DNA of 64,000 nucleotides from Denitrobaculum sp. (GTDB lineage Bacteria; Pseudomonadota; Alphaproteobacteria; Kiloniellales; Kiloniellaceae): NCBI GenBank assembly GCA_965232285.1, contig CBDDPL010000004.1, positions 1,623,893 to 1,687,892 of the forward strand, read 5' to 3'. Shown piece by piece: positions 63,438 to 64,000 of this stretch (position 1 is its first letter; each line of letters starts with the position of its first letter). The notes under the pieces were generated by a model. It saw only the letters and a program-made list of their open reading frames with translations, ran no database searches and was not told where the DNA came from. The position numbers and the translations under genes were made by a program.

Positions 63438-64000
63438 ATGGCTGCCTCGAACGACGAAGCGAACCAGACCGAAACCGGTCAGAGCGATTTCCGGACTGCC
63501 TTGGGGGCAGAACTGGTGAATGCGCCGGCGGCCGGTGTGACGCTTGTTGGTGACGCCGGTGATGACACACTCGTCGGCGGGAGCGGCGACGATAAGATTG
63601 GAGGGGATGGCGGTAACGACAGCCTCTTCGGAAATGCTGGCAGGGACACGCTGTTTGGCGGTGAAGGTGACGATTACCTAAATGGCGGCGAAGGGCCCGA
63701 TACTCTGTTTGGCAACAACGGCAGAGACACGCTTGATGGTGGCGACGGCGACGACAAACTTCTGGGCTTTGGCCTCGGGGATAACCTTCTTTTGGGGGGA
63801 AATGGCAACGACGAACTGCAAGGTGGAACCGGCGATGATGAACTGCGGGGCGGCGATGGTAACGACGCGCTGAATGGCTCCTCGGGCAACGATACGCTTT
63901 ACGGCGAAGAAGGCCACGACGCTTTAGACGGCTCCAGTGGCGACGATGTGTTGTTCGGCGGTTCTGGAAACGACTCGCTGCGAGGAGGTCTTGGCGCCAA
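63438..64000 (+). CDS. RTX calcium-binding repeat protein, 3' end outside window
   Basis: ATG 63438. The frame stays open to the window end. Translates to [18 protein letters not shown]... followed by [42 protein letters not shown]... repeats. Absent from the ORF track because no stop codon is reached. Confidence 0.8.
   Translation, partial: MAASNDEANQTETGQSDFRTALGAELVNAPAAGVTLVGDAGDDTLVGGSGDDKIGGDGGNDSLFGNAGRDTLFGGEGDDYLNGGEGPDTLFGNNGRDTLDGGDGDDKLLGFGLGDNLLLGGNGNDELQGGTGDDELRGGDGNDALNGSSGNDTLYGEEGHDALDGSSGDDVLFGGSGNDSLRGGLGA

Noticed and set aside
1-64000. Dozens of long ORFs in the six-frame track that lie antisense to or overlap the called genes, e.g. 2089..2841+, 8141..8947-, 9846..10766-, 10983..11870+, 28191..29123-, 42811..43794-, 43798..44943-, 46718..47827+, 50419..51795-, 54531..55760-, 55922..57412-.
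   Set aside because: They are typical shadow ORFs of high-GC DNA. The translations are dominated by R/G/P/A with no motifs. In every case the opposite or alternative frame carries clear family signatures (MCP, cupin, methyltransferase, TauD, FDH subunits, WD40, etc.).

Overview
High-GC (about 60-65 % by eye) proteobacterial chromosome segment. Gene content best fits a marine alphaproteobacterium; this is an inference from DUF1127, Hint-domain, RTX, PEP-CTERM, DmdA-like and GcvA-type genes. Core blocks: (1) 1-13.3 kb holds an FAD-oxidase fragment, radC, map, sfsA, a CinA-like gene, PilZ, a HAD hydrolase, an ECF sigma/anti-sigma pair and an MCP. (2) 20.1-29.3 kb holds tRNA-Leu, an AbrB-family membrane protein, a HAD hydrolase, an ArgE-type deacylase, LysR, DUF1127, GFA, nadK and a cupin gene. 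(3) 44-60 kb holds TauD, a complete Tat-dependent periplasmic formate dehydrogenase locus (4Fe-4S, DUF3305, DUF3306, TorD and Tat-target accessory genes), a WD40-cytochrome c fusion, and TetR + fatty-acid hydroxylase + DUF2141. (4) 60-64 kb holds two RTX genes: a serralysin-type protease and a second gene that runs off the window. Three unusual patches interrupt this. (i) A 6-kb integrase-less island (14171-20219) is bounded by 57-bp direct repeats of the 3' end of tRNA-Leu(TAA). It carries a divergent three-gene envelope module plus phage debris. (ii) A lower-GC mosaic region runs from 29.3 to about 43.9 kb. It starts right after a cupin gene whose last 512 bp recur in diverged form 6 kb downstream. 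It contains the top candidate for a new system: a translationally coupled MotA/ExbB-like protein with a ~390-aa coiled-coil tail and a MotB/OmpA-like partner with eight C-x6-C repeats. That is ZorA/ZorB-like architecture with no ZorC/D/E-type effector. The same region has an extreme AT tract, a 0.53-kb direct repeat duplicating a 101-aa membrane-protein gene, a family of directional palindromic junction elements, a PEP-CTERM protein, and a 737-aa Hint-domain polymorphic-toxin-like protein with a coupled 158-aa partner. (iii) A 263-bp highly structured inverted-repeat element lies at 6724-6986. No rRNA, CRISPR array, intact transposase or integrase was seen. All functional calls come from motif recognition by eye; no database search or computation was possible.
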